A DNA stretch of 64,000 nucleotides from Geosiphon pyriformis uo1 (Eukaryota; Fungi; Glomeromycota): positions 418,924 through 482,923 of the forward strand of contig JAAOMT010000514.1 in the NCBI GenBank assembly GCA_016748015.1, in the 5' to 3' direction. Below the pieces are notes generated by a model. It saw only the letters and a program-made list of their open reading frames with translations. It had not been told where the DNA came from and ran no database searches. The position numbers were made by a program, and so were the translations under genes. Positions 49,801 through 63,068 of the stretch are shown here, one piece after another. The stretch's first letter is position 1. Every line of letters starts with the position of its first letter.

Positions 49801-52400
49801 CTTGCCAGATTTTTTGTCAAGAGTTCTTCTGAGAATATCATAGTAAGACCAGCAAATCAACTTATCATTTATCATGATTCCTTTTTTGTCAGCTTTAACA
49901 TTGTCCAGTGGCTTGTTATTGCTGGTGAAGATGGTATAAATGAGTTCAGCAGTTTCTTCTTGTTCTTTTTGATCTTTATCATCATTGCTCTCATTATTAT
50001 CTGATTCATCTGATTGTTCTTCTTCTTGGTTTTGTTTGGTTACTGGAAAAGTTGTCCAATGATGGCATTTAACCACAATGGGTTTCTCACTACATCTGAT
50101 AGTTAGCTTGCAAAGTTCATAATCAAACAAGACTTTTGCTTTCTTAAGCCATTTATTACCAACTATTATGGTGTATTCTTTGGCTTCAGATACTTCCATA
50201 TCAGTTTTAATGCTGATGCCATTGATTTGGACAAGAATAGCTTTGGCTATGTCCAGACTTTTCTTCTTGTTATCATATACATTAGTCATTAGTCTTGTGG
50301 ATGGTTTATCAACTTTTCTGCCAATTGCTTCTAAAAAGTGTTTGGCAATAATGCTAACAGATAATCCACTGTCCAGAATCAGATCAATGAAATAACCAGC
50401 CACTTGGGCTTTACAAATGAAAGGGGTAACATTGCTGTTGTTAGCAAGTCCAGCTTGATGTGGGTGTTTGTTGGTCATTGGTGTCTTTTTCTTGGGTATT
50501 AATGATTTATGAAGATCTTTTCTGAACTGTGGGTGGGTCATTAGTTGGCCAAATGTAATGTGTACTGGGGTTTCTATGAGATCTTTAACAACAGAATAAG
50601 GACCAGATTTTTGTACTATTTTTAGGGGTTCCAACTTTGGCCTTTGGTGGCTCATTGTTATCAGCAGATGATTTGATTGCTTTGTTTGGGTCTAAGATGA
50701 AATCAACCTTGGTTTTTTTCTTCTTTTTGGTTAATTCAGAGGTGTTAATTGCTAGTTTATCTATATCATGGTCATTATTAGTTAAGTTAAAAGCATAAAA
50801 AGAGTTTTTTTCTGGTTGGCTTGCACTCTTATTCTTTGAAGATGCACCTACTTGTTTAAAGGCTGATAAACAGTGGCTTCAACTAAGGAATCCTCTCCAA
50901 AGAAATTGATGTTGGCATGATTGGATCTTTAATTGGGGACATTGTTGTTGATGATTCTGTTGTTTTGATTGTCATTGTTTTTAGGAGCTGGAGGAGGCAA
51001 TGGAAAATTGTTGCAGTCTCTAGAAAGTGTCCAGTTAGTCCACAGCAATAGCACACAAGTGGACCATGATTTTGTTGTCTTTGATATGGTGGTTGTTGGG
51101 ACTGATTAAAGTGGAGTTCAAATTTGGGTCTTTGAGATTGCTGGTTGTTTCTGACTGCTTGGATTAATGGTTTTAATAACTGAACAAGGTTAGCAGTAAG
51201 TCTGTCTATTAATTGTTCATTGGGGTCTTGAGTGTGAGTGGCAAAAAAGACAGCAGCCATTTGTGGAGCTGGAGCCATGGCAGGAGCTGAAGCAAAAACT
51301 GGAAGTGTGAATTCCAAATGCATCCTTTGGTTATCTTCAATTTTTTGTGCCAGTTCAATAGCCATGTCTATTATTGAGTTGTCTTTTAAAGCTAAGAGAG
51401 GCCAATAAGCATATGATAAATCAGTTCTTAATCTTTTTGTAAAGGAATAGATTTTTTGCTTTTCTGTCTAGTTTTTTCTGGAGTCTACATGTTTGATTAG
51501 CTTTTTGATAGCTTTGGCATATTCAGTTACTATTTCTCCAGGGCCTTGGGTTCTTCTTTCCAATTCCATGTGCCATTTGGATATTAATATTGGAGTTCTA
51601 AACTTGGTTTCAAACCAGGTAGTAAAAGAGTTATTTTCTTTTTCAGCATTAATTGGTGTCCATCTGATTATTCGGTGTTAAGCATTGGCATCTGTTTTTT
51701 GTGAAAACCAAATAGCAGGAGAGCCTTGGAAATAGCCACCAACAATTTGGAACTTGTATTTATCATCATACTGGTTGACTGTAGCAGCTCTCTCAAAATC
51801 ATTCAACTATTTAATTAGATCTTGTACATCACCTCTAAATAGTGGTAGTGGAGTATTGTTTCTTCTTCCTAGAGCAGTTTGTATACCTTGGAGAGTGGCC
51901 AGAATGTATGCTTATATGAGATCATTAGCCATTGGTTCAGAGATAACTGTTTGTATAGATAAGTCTAATTCACTTGATAAAAAGTCAAAAACAAAGACTG
52001 TTTGATAGCTTTCTTCTTCTGTTTCAAAGGAAGTTTCAGTTGCTTGATAGGCAGCAATCCAAATGTGGATTTGATGATTCAGATTTTCGGAATCAGGGGG
52101 CTGTTGTTCAAAAGTTGTGGAGTATAAAAGTTGATTGATGCTGTTGTTTCTTTCTTTAAAGTTGTCTTTAAAATAAGTTTAATCAAAGTAATAAGTTGTA
52201 TAGACTGTGTAGATTTCAGCTAAATGCTTGTTCAGAAACCAGTTCCAAAAATTTTGGAATTGTTTACTGGATTGATTTTCAATGAGGAAGCAAATCAAGC
52301 AGGAAGACAAAGGATTGAGTTCAATAAAGTTTAGATTGTTTTTGTTGTGTGCTTCAAAATATTCTTTTGATTGTTGTGGCAGATATAAATAATCACCCAT
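46830..52400 (-). pseudogene. gag-pol: A3 gag-pol (gag, PR, RT, RH, IN)
   Basis: ORFs 52179-52400, 50883-51365 (CYCCGLTGHF), 49780-50655 (LILDSG), 48860-49252 (RT), 48404-48745 (RH), 47359-48036 and 46993-47337 (IN). Confidence 0.93.
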
Positions 52401-52452
52401 ACAATAGGAAACAGAGTAGATTTTGACAACCTCACAGGGAGTACCACTTTTA

Positions 52453-53128
52453 TGTTATGGGTTGGAGTAACAAGCTAATAGATAGCAAGGGAGAACAGGA
52501 TTGTAGGGTAATAGAAATAATCAAAAAGAATTCAACTTCAAAGAGCGAATTGAATAAGTATGGATTCAATATACAAGATCAGTCTCATAAAATATCTCAG
52601 TTACTATTCTTTTCAAAAGGTAACTGAAAAATCTGAAGGTAAAGGGATAGTCCATACTGTCACCAAATGATCACACTTGGTATAATTCTATGCCTTACAT
52701 TGGTGCTTTTAGAATTCAATATCAAGTATCAAATGTGCTCTTCAGTCACATTTTATTCAATAATTTTCAAATGCTACACTTATATGTTTCAAGAAAAGAG
52801 TAAGAAATAACCAACAAGTAATCTTTTATTCTAAGATGTTCAGATACTTAAAAGTAGGAAAAGAGAAATTAGCGATAAGAGAATAATTGAGATAAAAGTT
52901 GTTATTTTATTTATTCTTAATTATTTTGAACATGCTTTTCTACAGCTAAGAGATTCATTGCTTATATAGCTGTCAAAAGTGAACAATGATCAAGTTAACG
53001 ACTAGGTCAATAATTAGATCAATGATCAAATTAATAATTACTATCTAAAAATAGAATGGCTAATTTATATGACATTAGTGGCTAATATATGTGATAATTA
53101 ATAAGAAGTATAAGTTTCAATTGTAACA
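52453..53128 (-). repeat. A3 5' LTR
   Basis: TGTTATGGGTTGGAG...TTGTAACA, with PBS adjacent. Confidence 0.92.
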
Positions 53129-53819
53129 TTATTATGAGTTAAAGTAACAAGTTAACAGATAGCAAAAGAGAACAGAATTGTAGGGTAATAGAAATAATCA
53201 AAGAGAGAATTACAATAAGAGAATGAATTGAATGAGTAAAAATTCAATATGTGTGATTAATTTTATAAAAATCACAGTCACAAATCTTTTCTGAAAATTT
53301 GAAAATAGAGAAATAGTTTATGATTTTTAACAAGATAATACTACTACTATTATTCTATGTCTTAACAATTCTTAGAATCAATAACAGGTATTATTGTGCT
53401 TTTTAATTGTTTTTTTATTCAATAAATCACAAAAACAAACAATTGTTTCTCAAGCTAATTTTAACTAATACAAATCAAGAAAAAGAAAAGATAAGATATG
53501 TAAATACTAACAAGTAATCTTTTATCTCAAGATATTTAAATACTTAAAAGTAAAAAAAAGAGAATAAGTAATATAAAAGAAAATAATTAATAATGAATTT
53601 TATTTCATTACTTTAATCATGTTTTTTTATAGCTAAGAGATTTATCACTTATATAACTATTAAAAATGGTCAATAATTAGATCAATGATTAGGTCAATAA
53701 TCAGGTCAACAATCAGGTTATTAATTAAATCAATAATTAGATAAATGGTCAGATCAATAATTACTATATAAAAATAGTGTGGCTAATTATATAACATCAA
53801 TGACTAATATATGTAATAA

Positions 53820-54476
53820 CTAATAAAAAGTATGAGTTTCAATAATAACATCATTCTTTTCAAAGAGATTGAGCTTTGGTAAAATCAAGCTATTTATGAG
53901 ATAATCTAATTAAAGAGTTTTGTCTAACTCAAAGCTAATTAGTTTGTTGAAATTTTTTGTGAATAGGGTATATAATACTTAAGATAAAATGAATTTTTTG
54001 TCTAAGAAACCAAATCTTTGTATAAGAGTTTTGGCTCTTTTAGCAATAATTAAAACTTCTAGAACATTTAACTGTATAATGCCCAAAATTTCTGTCTGTA
54101 TTTCTGAAGTTGTTTTTTTTATGAGTTTTATATTTTCTATAATTTTACCAAGATAATCATAGAGTTCTAATTGTCTTTTATATGACAAGTTTTTGTTGAT
54201 GGGTAAAATTTTCTTAATTGTTTTTCCAATTATGATGAAAGATAAAAGTATTGTAACTGTTATACTTTCCAACAGATATTTATTCATTTTGCTACCAATT
54301 TTTTCTCTTTTGGTAATAGTTTTCTTTGGTTTAATAACAGTATATGTTCTATTGTTATCAGTTATGTTGGTCTGTTTTTTAATGGTCAAAGTAACATTTG
54401 GATAGTTTTTGATCCAATACTTATGAAAAGTATAGAAGACATTTTGAATGTTTTAATTCAGAAAATAATTGTTCAT
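53820..54476 (-). pseudogene. A4 extra ORF3 (in-frame stops)
   Basis: 657-nt frame including ORF 53979-54389. Confidence 0.82.
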
Positions 54477-54539
54477 CTTGATTAAAGATACCTCTGTTTT
54501 GGAAATAGTGTATTTATTTATACTTGATTTTTGCTGATT

Positions 54540-57500
54540 ATTTGGGTTAATATTACCACAACAGACAACCAATCAGGTTATTTGTATTTCTTGAGTTGTG
54601 TATCATAAACAGAGCAATCATTGAAAATTGTTCTATATTGATCTTATAAAATATAAAAACTATTGTTTAAAACTTTGTTGACTATAAAGAGTTTTTTCTA
54701 TCAGCTAAAGAATTTATTACCATAAACATTGTCTTTATCTGAACAATATTCCAAAACTAAGTCACCAATACTTAAGAAAAGTGTTTTATAGGTTTTTTTT
54801 TTAAGCTTTTCTTAAAACTGTTTTATCTTTTCAAAGGCAATTATTTGTGTTTCTATCAAGGAGTTAAGAATAATATCAAGTCTTTTTTGCAAAATGTTTT
54901 TGTAATTTTCTATTGTAATTTCTTCAAAAAGTATTGTTTCAATGTTAGTTTCTATTGATAGTGTTGCCATATATTTATAAAGCAGATAAAAAGGTTCATA
55001 ACTTGTTATGTCATAATTCACAGTTTTATAAGCAAACAAAGCTAAAGACAATACTTTGTCTTATAAGTTTGTTTCTTTACTAGTTTTGGCTAGAGTTTCA
55101 CATAATGTTCTATTAAAACATTTTACTAGATCATTTGTTTGAAAGTGGTAAGGGGAGAAAAATTTATGATGTATTCTTATTTTTCTACAAAGTTGTTTAA
55201 CCAGTGTACTGAGAAAAGCTTTTTTTCTATCAAATAAAAGTTCTTTGGAGCAGCCATAATGGTAAATAATACTTTTATAAATAAAATTGGCTATTGAAAC
55301 TGCTGTTTGGTCTGGAATGGCTCTGGTTTTTATCTACTTTGTAAAATAGTTAGTAGCTATAATAATATATATGTTGCTATTAGGAATTACTGTTAAAGAT
55401 CTAATAATATCTATACTAATTCTGTCAAATAGTTAACCAACAGAGATTAAATGAATATCTTCTTTGTGATTAGGTTTTCTTTTTCTTTGGCAGGTATTAC
55501 AGGTTTCAATATACTCAGCAATGTCTTTTTTCAAGGTAAACCAATAATAGCAAGCTAGAGTTTTCTGAATTTTTTTTGTTTTTTTAAAGTATTTAACTAA
55601 TAAATCAGTGTGCATATTGTAGATCACAATTTTTTTTTCTTAAAATCTGATAACTTTTTGGGAGCAGTTAGAATTTTTTCTGTTTCTTTTGTAAAATTGG
55701 TTCTGGTGGATCAAATAGAAATTTGATTGTTTGTGCAAATGTTTTTTTTGCTGTTAAGTATAGTCCAGTGGGTATTGTTTTTTACCCAAAAATTCTATTA
55801 ATGCAGAATAGTTATCTAAGTCTATTATTATGTTTGGTTATGAAAAAATTACTAATAATTAGTTTGGTTTGGTTTAAAAAAATTGTACTGATATTAAACA
55901 GTAAGTCTAGAAAAAACATCAGTATTTTGATGATTAGCTCCTTTGTAATGTTGAATATTATAGTTAAATTTATCCAAATAGAGTATTTAGTGAGTTATTT
56001 GTTTGTGTTCTAGCTTTTTTTTATTGTGCAGCCAAACCAAGGCTTGATGATTTGTTATTACTAGAAATTTTATACCAAGAAGGTATTGATTTCAGTAATT
56101 AGTAGTCCAAACTACTGCTAAGCATTCTTGTTTAATAACTGAATAGTTTTTTTCTGCTGGTATGAAAGATCTATTGGCATATGCTATAGCATGTTCTCTG
56201 CCATCTTTATCTTTTTGTAAAAAGATAGTACTAAGTCTATAGCTAAATGCATTAGTGTGGAGAATAAAAGATTGGTTCAGATCAGGTTGCTTAAAAATTG
56301 ATTCAGTAACAAGTTTTTTTTTTAGAGTTTCAAAAGCTTTTTGTTTATAAGTGCTCTAGTGATAATTGATATTTTTTCTAAGTAGCTGATTGAAAAAAAA
56401 GGTAATTTTAGAGAAATTTTTAATAAATTTGCAGTAGTAAGAAGCCAAACCAAAGAAAAAGTGTAGTTCAAGAATATTTATTGGTTTTCTAATGTTCTAG
56501 ACTTTTTCAACTTTAGCTAGGTCAAGAAAGATTTCATCTTTTGTAATAAGCTGACCAAAGAACTGGATGGATTGTTATCTAAAGAAAAATTTGATTAGGT
56601 TTATCTTAAGACCAGCATTTCTAAGGAGATCAAAAACTTTTTACAAATATTTAAGATGTTTATTCTAGGTTTTTAAGTATACTATTATGTTATTTAAGTA
56701 GACCAGAACAAAGTTTTCTTTTACTGATTTAAACACTTTGTCTATTAGGTATTAAAAAATAGAAAGGACATTAGTAAGACCAAAAGGCATGACTGTGAAT
56801 TTGTAGGTGCTATACTTGGTAATAAAAACAGTTTTCTTTTTGTTTTCTGGATCTATCTTTACTTGCCAGAATTCAGCAGTTAAATCAATGGTTGAGAAAA
56901 AAGCAGTACTATTGAATTTGTTTAGCATTGTATTAATCTTGAAAAGTAGATATATGTTTCTTATAGTGATAATATTTAATTGGCAATAATTAACACAGAA
57001 GTATAGGGTTTCATCTTTTTTGGATATTACTACAACTGAAAAAGCCCATTTACTCTTGGTTTCTTGTATGAATCCAAGATTTTTCATTTGGTTTATCTCT
57101 TTCTTGATGAATTTATTATTGTGTTAATTAGATTGATAAAGCTTCAAATAAATGGAATAAGTTTTTCTAATAGTGATGGTGTGTTGTATTACATGGGTTT
57201 GTTTAGGGGTATTACTTTCTTTTAAGATAACTAAACTATTTTTAGCCAACAGATTTTCAATGTCTACTTTTTTTTCTTTAGAAGAGAGTTTTTTTGTTCT
57301 ACTGCAAATAATTGGATCTTAAATAGTTTATTTTCAAAGAACTTCTGTACTTTTTTTATTTTTTCTCTGAGTATTAAATCTATTGGTTCTTAATCTTTGT
57401 AATAGATTAAGCAGAATTTGTATTCATTATTAAGAGAATACAAAAATTTATTGCACCAACACTTGACACAAAAACTATACCACCAATAACTATATTTTGT

Positions 57501-60500
57501 TTTCTTGCCAGGTTTTCTATCAAAAATTCTTCTGAGGATATCATAGTAGGGCCAACAAATCAGCTTGTTATTTACAATAATTCCTTTTTTGTCAGCTTTA
57601 ACATTGTCCAGTGGCTTGCCATTGCTGATAAAGATAATATAGACAAGTTTAACAGTTTTTTTTTGTTCTTTTTAATCTTCTTTTTTATTGCTCTCATCAT
57701 CATCTGATTCATTCAATTGCTTATTTTTTTGATTCTACTTGGGTACTGGAGAGGTTGTTCAATAATAGTACTTAACTACTATAAGCTTTTTACTATATCT
57801 GATAATTAGCTTACAGAGTTCATAGTCAAGTAGTGTTTTGGTTTTCTTAAACCACTTATTGCCAACAATTATGATGTACTCTTTTGCTTTAAATACTTCT
57901 ATGTCAGTTTTAATATTAATGTTATTAATGCAAACAAGAATAGCTTTGGCTATACTAAGCCCTTTCTTTTTGTCACCATGTATATTAGTTATTGATCTAG
58001 TTAAGAGTTCATCAATTTTTCTGCTAATTGCTTTAAAAAAATGTTTGGCAATAATACTAATAGATAATTTACTGTCTAAAATTAAATTAATAAAGTAGCC
58101 AGCCATTTGGGCTTTGCAAATTAAAAGAATAACATTGCTGTTGTTAGTAAGTTTAGCTTGATAAGAATGCTTATTGGTTTTGGTGTTTTTTATTTTAGAA
58201 TCAAGAATTTGCAAAGATTTTTTTTGAATTGTGGATAGATTATTAATTGGCCAAAAATAATATAAGTTGGGTTTCCATGAGATTTTTGACAACAAAATAA
58301 GGACCAGATTTTTGTACTATTTCTGAAGATTCTAACTTTAGAGGATTCTTAAAAACTTTAGCCTTTGGTGGCTTATTGTTATTAGCAATTAATATGAATG
58401 CTTTGTTTAAGTCTAAAATAAAATTAATCTTGGCTTTTTTCTTCTTTCTTGTTATTTTAGAGATGTTGATTGCTAGTTCATTCATGTTATAGTTATTATC
58501 AATTAGATTAAAAGTGTAAAAAAAATTTTCTTTTGGTTGGCTTGTACTCTTACTCTTTAAAAGTATGTTTATCAGTTTAAAGGCTGATAAACAATAGTTT
58601 TAACTAAGAAATCCTTTCCAAAGAAATTAATGTTGGCATGATTAGGTCTTTAATTGGGGACATTGTTGTTGTTGGTTCTGTTGTTCTGGTTATCTTATTT
58701 CTAGAAGTTAGAGAAAGCAGAAAAGAATTGTTGTAATCTTTAGAAAAATGTCTAGTTAATCTACAGTAATAACACACAAATGGGTTATAATTTTGTTGTC
58801 TTTAATAAGAGAGTTGTTGAGGCTAATTAAAATAAGGTTTAAATCTAAGTCTTTGGAGTTGTTAGTTGTCTCTGACTGCTTGGGCTAATGGTTTTAATAG
58901 TTGAGCAAAATTTGCTGTAAGTCTATTTATTAATTGTTTATTTGGGTCTTGAGTTTGGACAGCAAAAAAATTAGCAGCTATTTGAAAAGCAGGAGCCATA
59001 ACAGAAACAGAAACAAAAACTGAAAGTGTGGATTCTAAGTGCATTTTTTGATTGTCTTCTATTCTCTGGACAAGTTCAATAACCATATTTATTGTAGGAT
59101 TGTCTTTTAAAGCCAAGAAAGACCAAAGAGCATATAAGAGATCAGTTCTCAATCTTTTTGTAAAAGAATAAATTTTTTGCTTTTCTGTCCAGTTTTTTTT
59201 AGAGTCTACCCACTTGATTAGTTTTCTAATTGCTTTGGCATATTCAGTCACAACTTCATCAGGACTTTGGATTTTTTTTTCTAATTTCATATGTCGTTTT
59301 GAGATTAAGATGGGAGTTTTAAATTTAGTTTTAAACTGGATTGTAAAAGAGGTGTTTTTTTCTCCAGCATTTGTTGGTATCCATCTAATGATTTTTTGGT
59401 AAGCACCAGCATTGGTTTTTTGTAAGAACCAAGTGGCAGAAGAGCTTTGAAGGTAGCCACCAACAATTTGAAACTTATACTCAATATCATATTGATTAAC
59501 AGTGGCTGCTCTTTCAAAATTATCTAATTATTCAATTAGGTCTTGTGCATCACCTCTAAATAAAGATAATGGATTATTATTTCTTTACCTTAAAGCAGTT
59601 TGTATGTTTTAAAAGGCAGCCAGAATGTTTTGTTGCATAAGGTTATTAGCCATTGGTTCAAGAGTAGCTGTTTGTATAAAGTGTTCTAATTTACTTAAAA
59701 AGAGATCAAAAACAGGAGCAGTTTAATAGCTTTTTTTTTCTGTTTCAAAGAAGGTTTCAGCTAACTGGTGGACAGTATTATTAGAGGTTTTTGGTCTTTT
59801 TTCTTGAATGTTGTTAATGTCTGCTTGTTGCTAATTTCACGTTTTCTGAAAGCAGTTGAATCTCCAATAACTGAATTTATTTTCAAATTATTTCCTATAA
59901 TTTGAACTGCTGGGCTTATAAGTGGAATAGCCAATTTCTTGCCAATTACTTTATGTAGTTATGTTGTAGTAAATGTCAACTTTTTTTCAGGAATTGCTTG
60001 TTTGGAAGCTCACTAAAAAATGTGTAGTTACTTTGCTATGAAAGTCAACTTTTTTACAGAAATCTTGTCTGTAGGCTACCTTAATGATTATGATAAGAAA
60101 AAGAAAATAAAATAAAAAAAATGTAAAAGAAATAGAATTCTAATAAGAGAAACGTTTTCTATCCAGGCCTGAAGTCACTAACAAATTACTGAAATTGGTA
60201 GCTAATCAATTTCAAAATGTTAGTTGTGTTGAAGGAATTTCAAGTGTAATAATTTAAAGGATTTGGTTTTTCAAATATTTAATTTTTATTTAAGATGTGT
60301 AAAAGGTAATTTGTTTTAATTAAGATATCTAAAGTAAGACACTATGATAAGATATTATAAAAAGATGTGAGAAGATATATTTTCTTGAAAAAAAAAGCTC
60401 TTTTTTTATACAACTTGTTGTAGTACTAGTCTTTAAACTTGCATTTTTCTTTTTGCTCCAATTTTGGTGAACTAAAGATACATTTTGATAAACTACAAGT

Positions 60501-61112
60501 TATTTCTACAAACTATTGATTATTTCGGCCAATTTTTCATCAATTTCGGCGAATTTTAACTATATTAAATGGTTCAGGATATTGTGCAATTTGATTATCT
60601 TAATTTTTATAGTACAAATCGGGTTATTAATTGAGTAATAATATTTAATAATTTGATTAAATAATAAGTGATAATCGAAATGATAATAGTATATGCTAAT
60701 TAATAATAGGGATTATAAGAATGATTTCATGCTGATTAATAGCTAAAATTTTACTGGTAATAACAACAATTTAGATATGAATTTGGTGATTAAGATATTT
60801 GAAATCAGAAGGCTGTTGTTTAAAGATTGTGGAATATAAAAGCTGATTGATGTTGTTGTTTTTTTCTTCAAAGTTGTCTTTAAAATAAACTTGGTCAAAG
60901 TAATAGATTGTATAAACTGTGTAAGTTTCAGCTAAATGCTTGTTCAGAAACCAGTTTCAAAAGTCTTGGAATTGTCTACTGGATTGTTCTTTAATGGAAA
61001 AACAAATCAAGCAGAAGAGCAAAAAATTGAGTTCAATAAAGTTTAAATTGTTTTTGTTATATGCTTCAAAGTGTTTTTCTAATTGTTTTAGCAGGTATAA
61101 ATAATCACCTAT
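54540..61112 (-). pseudogene. gag-pol: A4 gag-pol remnant (gag split by solo-C)
   Basis: ORFs 54812-55051, 55433-55627 (IN), 56752-57087 (RT), 57759-58295 (PR) and 58862-59290 (gag). Confidence 0.9.
59776..60762 (-). mobile_element. Solo LTR of family C inserted in A4 gag
   Basis: Decayed ends TATTA...TAATA, colinear with the C2 LTR; TSD ACAG/ACAA; flanks rejoin to the A-family gag seen at ~52040-52080. Confidence 0.9.
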
Positions 61113-61164
61113 ACAATAAAAAACAAAGTGAATTTTGACAATCTCATAGAAAACACTACTTTTA

Positions 61165-61913
61165 TGTTACAAGTTAAAGTAACAAGCTAATGAATAGCAA
61201 AAGAAAACAGAATTGTAGGGTGATAAAAATAATCAAAGAAAGAATTATAATAAGAAAGCAAATTGAATAAGTAAGGATTTAATATACATGATTAGTCTTA
61301 TAAAAATTACAGTTGTAAATCTTTTCTGAAAATCTGAAGATAGAAGAATGGTTCATAATTGTTAACAAGATAATACTACTGCTATTATTCTATGCCTCAA
61401 CTTAGCAATTCCTAGAATTAATAACAGATATTGTTGTGCTTTTTAATTGTTTCTTTATTCAATAAATTACAAGAGCAACTAATCACTTTTTAAGCTAATT
61501 CTAACAATAAAAATCAAAAAAAAGAAAAATATAAGCTATGTAAAAACCAACAAATAATCTTTTATTTCAAGATGTTCAGATACTTAAAAATAGAAAAAAA
61601 GAAATAAACAATATAAAAAGAAGTAATTAATAGTGAGTTTTATTTTATTATTTTAATCATGTTTTTCTACAGCTAAGAGATTCATTGCTTATATAGCTAT
61701 TAAAAGTGGTCAACAACCAGGTTAATAACTAGATTAATAATCAGATTAATAATCAGATTAATAATTAAGTCATTGATAAGGTTAATAATCAGGTCAATAA
61801 TTAAGTCAATGATCAAACCAATGATTATTATCTAAAAATAAGATGGTTATTATATGATATCAGTAGCTAATACATGTAATAACTAATAAAAAATATGAGT
61901 TTCAATTGTAAAA
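61165..61913 (-). repeat. A4 5' LTR with expanded 12-bp array (~61710-61830)
   Basis: TGTTACAAG...TTGTAAAA; matches 53133-53850; decayed PBS adjacent. Confidence 0.88.
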
Positions 61914-62901
61914 ATATGTTACAAACTTTTATTTTCTTATTACTTTTAGATAAATAATCTAGTTGAATATTTTAATAGAACATTATATAAAATTTTGGTC
62001 AAAAATAATAAAGAAACAAACTTATAAAACAAAATACTGCTCTTTGTTTTGTTTGCTTATAGAATTGTAAATTATAATATAATAAGTTATAAGTTTTTTA
62101 TCTGTTCTATGAAAAAATGGCAACTTTATTAATAAAAACTAATATTAAAACAATACTTTTTAAAAAAATTACAATAAAAAAGTACAAAGATATTTTGTAA
62201 ATAAAATTTGATATAATTTTTAACTTATTAATACATACATAAATAATTGTCTATAAAAAAATAAAACAATTTCAAAAAACTTAAAAAAAAGAAAACATAC
62301 AAATTTTTTTTTCAAGTATTAGTAACTTAGTTTTAGAATATTATTTAAACAAAAATAATGTTTATAGAAATAAGTTTTTTAGCCAGTAAAAAAACTATTT
62401 ATAGTTAATAAAATTTTGAATAATAGTTTTTATATCTTATAAGATTAATATAAAATAATCTTTAATAATTAGTTTATACATAGTATACAACTTAAAAAAT
62501 ATTACAAACAATTTGATTGATTATTTATTATAATAATATTAATCTAAAAAATCAGCAAAAATCAATTAGAAATAAATATATTATTTCTAAAACAAAAATA
62601 TCTTTAATTAATATAAACAATTATTTTTTAAATCAAAACATTTAAAATGTTTTTTATATTTTTTATAAATATTAAACCAAAAATTATTTAGATATTACTT
62701 TAATTATTAAAAAACTATTATCAAAAAAAATAACAATAAAATAAATAAATATATGCTTAAATACATAATAATAATTATTTTATCACTTTTTAATATACTT
62801 AAAAAAATAATTAAAAAAATTTTTTTTATAGACAAAAACTTGTTTTATAAAAAACAATTAAAACTTTATAATTAACTTAATAAAATTATAAAAAACATAA
62901 A

Positions 62902-63068
62902 GTGGTTTCTGTTTATATAGGTGTTTAGTGTCGTTCTGATTGGTCCGAGTAGCTGGTCACGTGTAGAAAGTGCATGATTCACACCTAGTTTAGATCATTT
63001 ACATGATGTATAGTGCTAGGCAGTGTTTGGACTTTACTCGTTAAAATAAAAAAAAAGAAAAAAAAAAA
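62902..63068 (+). mobile_element. Short 5'-truncated non-LTR retroelement 3' end with poly(A) tail
   Basis: ~140 bp island of much higher GC with CpGs retained, ending in an A-tail from 63043, embedded in decayed A5. The first codons VVSVYIGV* look like an ORF C-terminus. Confidence 0.7.

Larger units (their letters stand above)
35007..53128 (-). mobile_element. Full-length element A3, inserted in the terminal bases of the A4 LTR
   Basis: 3' LTR 35007-35130 + 45564-46143 and 5' LTR 52453-53128; TSD TTAT (35003-35006 and 53129-53132); PBS 52430-52446. Confidence 0.92.
35004..61913 (-). mobile_element. Full-length degenerate element A4 (body 53129-61913), inserted in A5 integrase
   Basis: 3' LTR 35004-35006 + 53133-53850 and 5' LTR 61165-61913; TSD ATAT (35000-35003 and 61914-61917); gag-PR-RT-RH-IN-ORF3 remnants. 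Confidence 0.88.

Noticed and set aside
52453-53850. Tandem dimer of A elements or duplicated LTR
   Set aside because: The two LTRs belong to different subfamily variants, and TSDs TTAT and ATAT explain the arrangement as a nested insertion.
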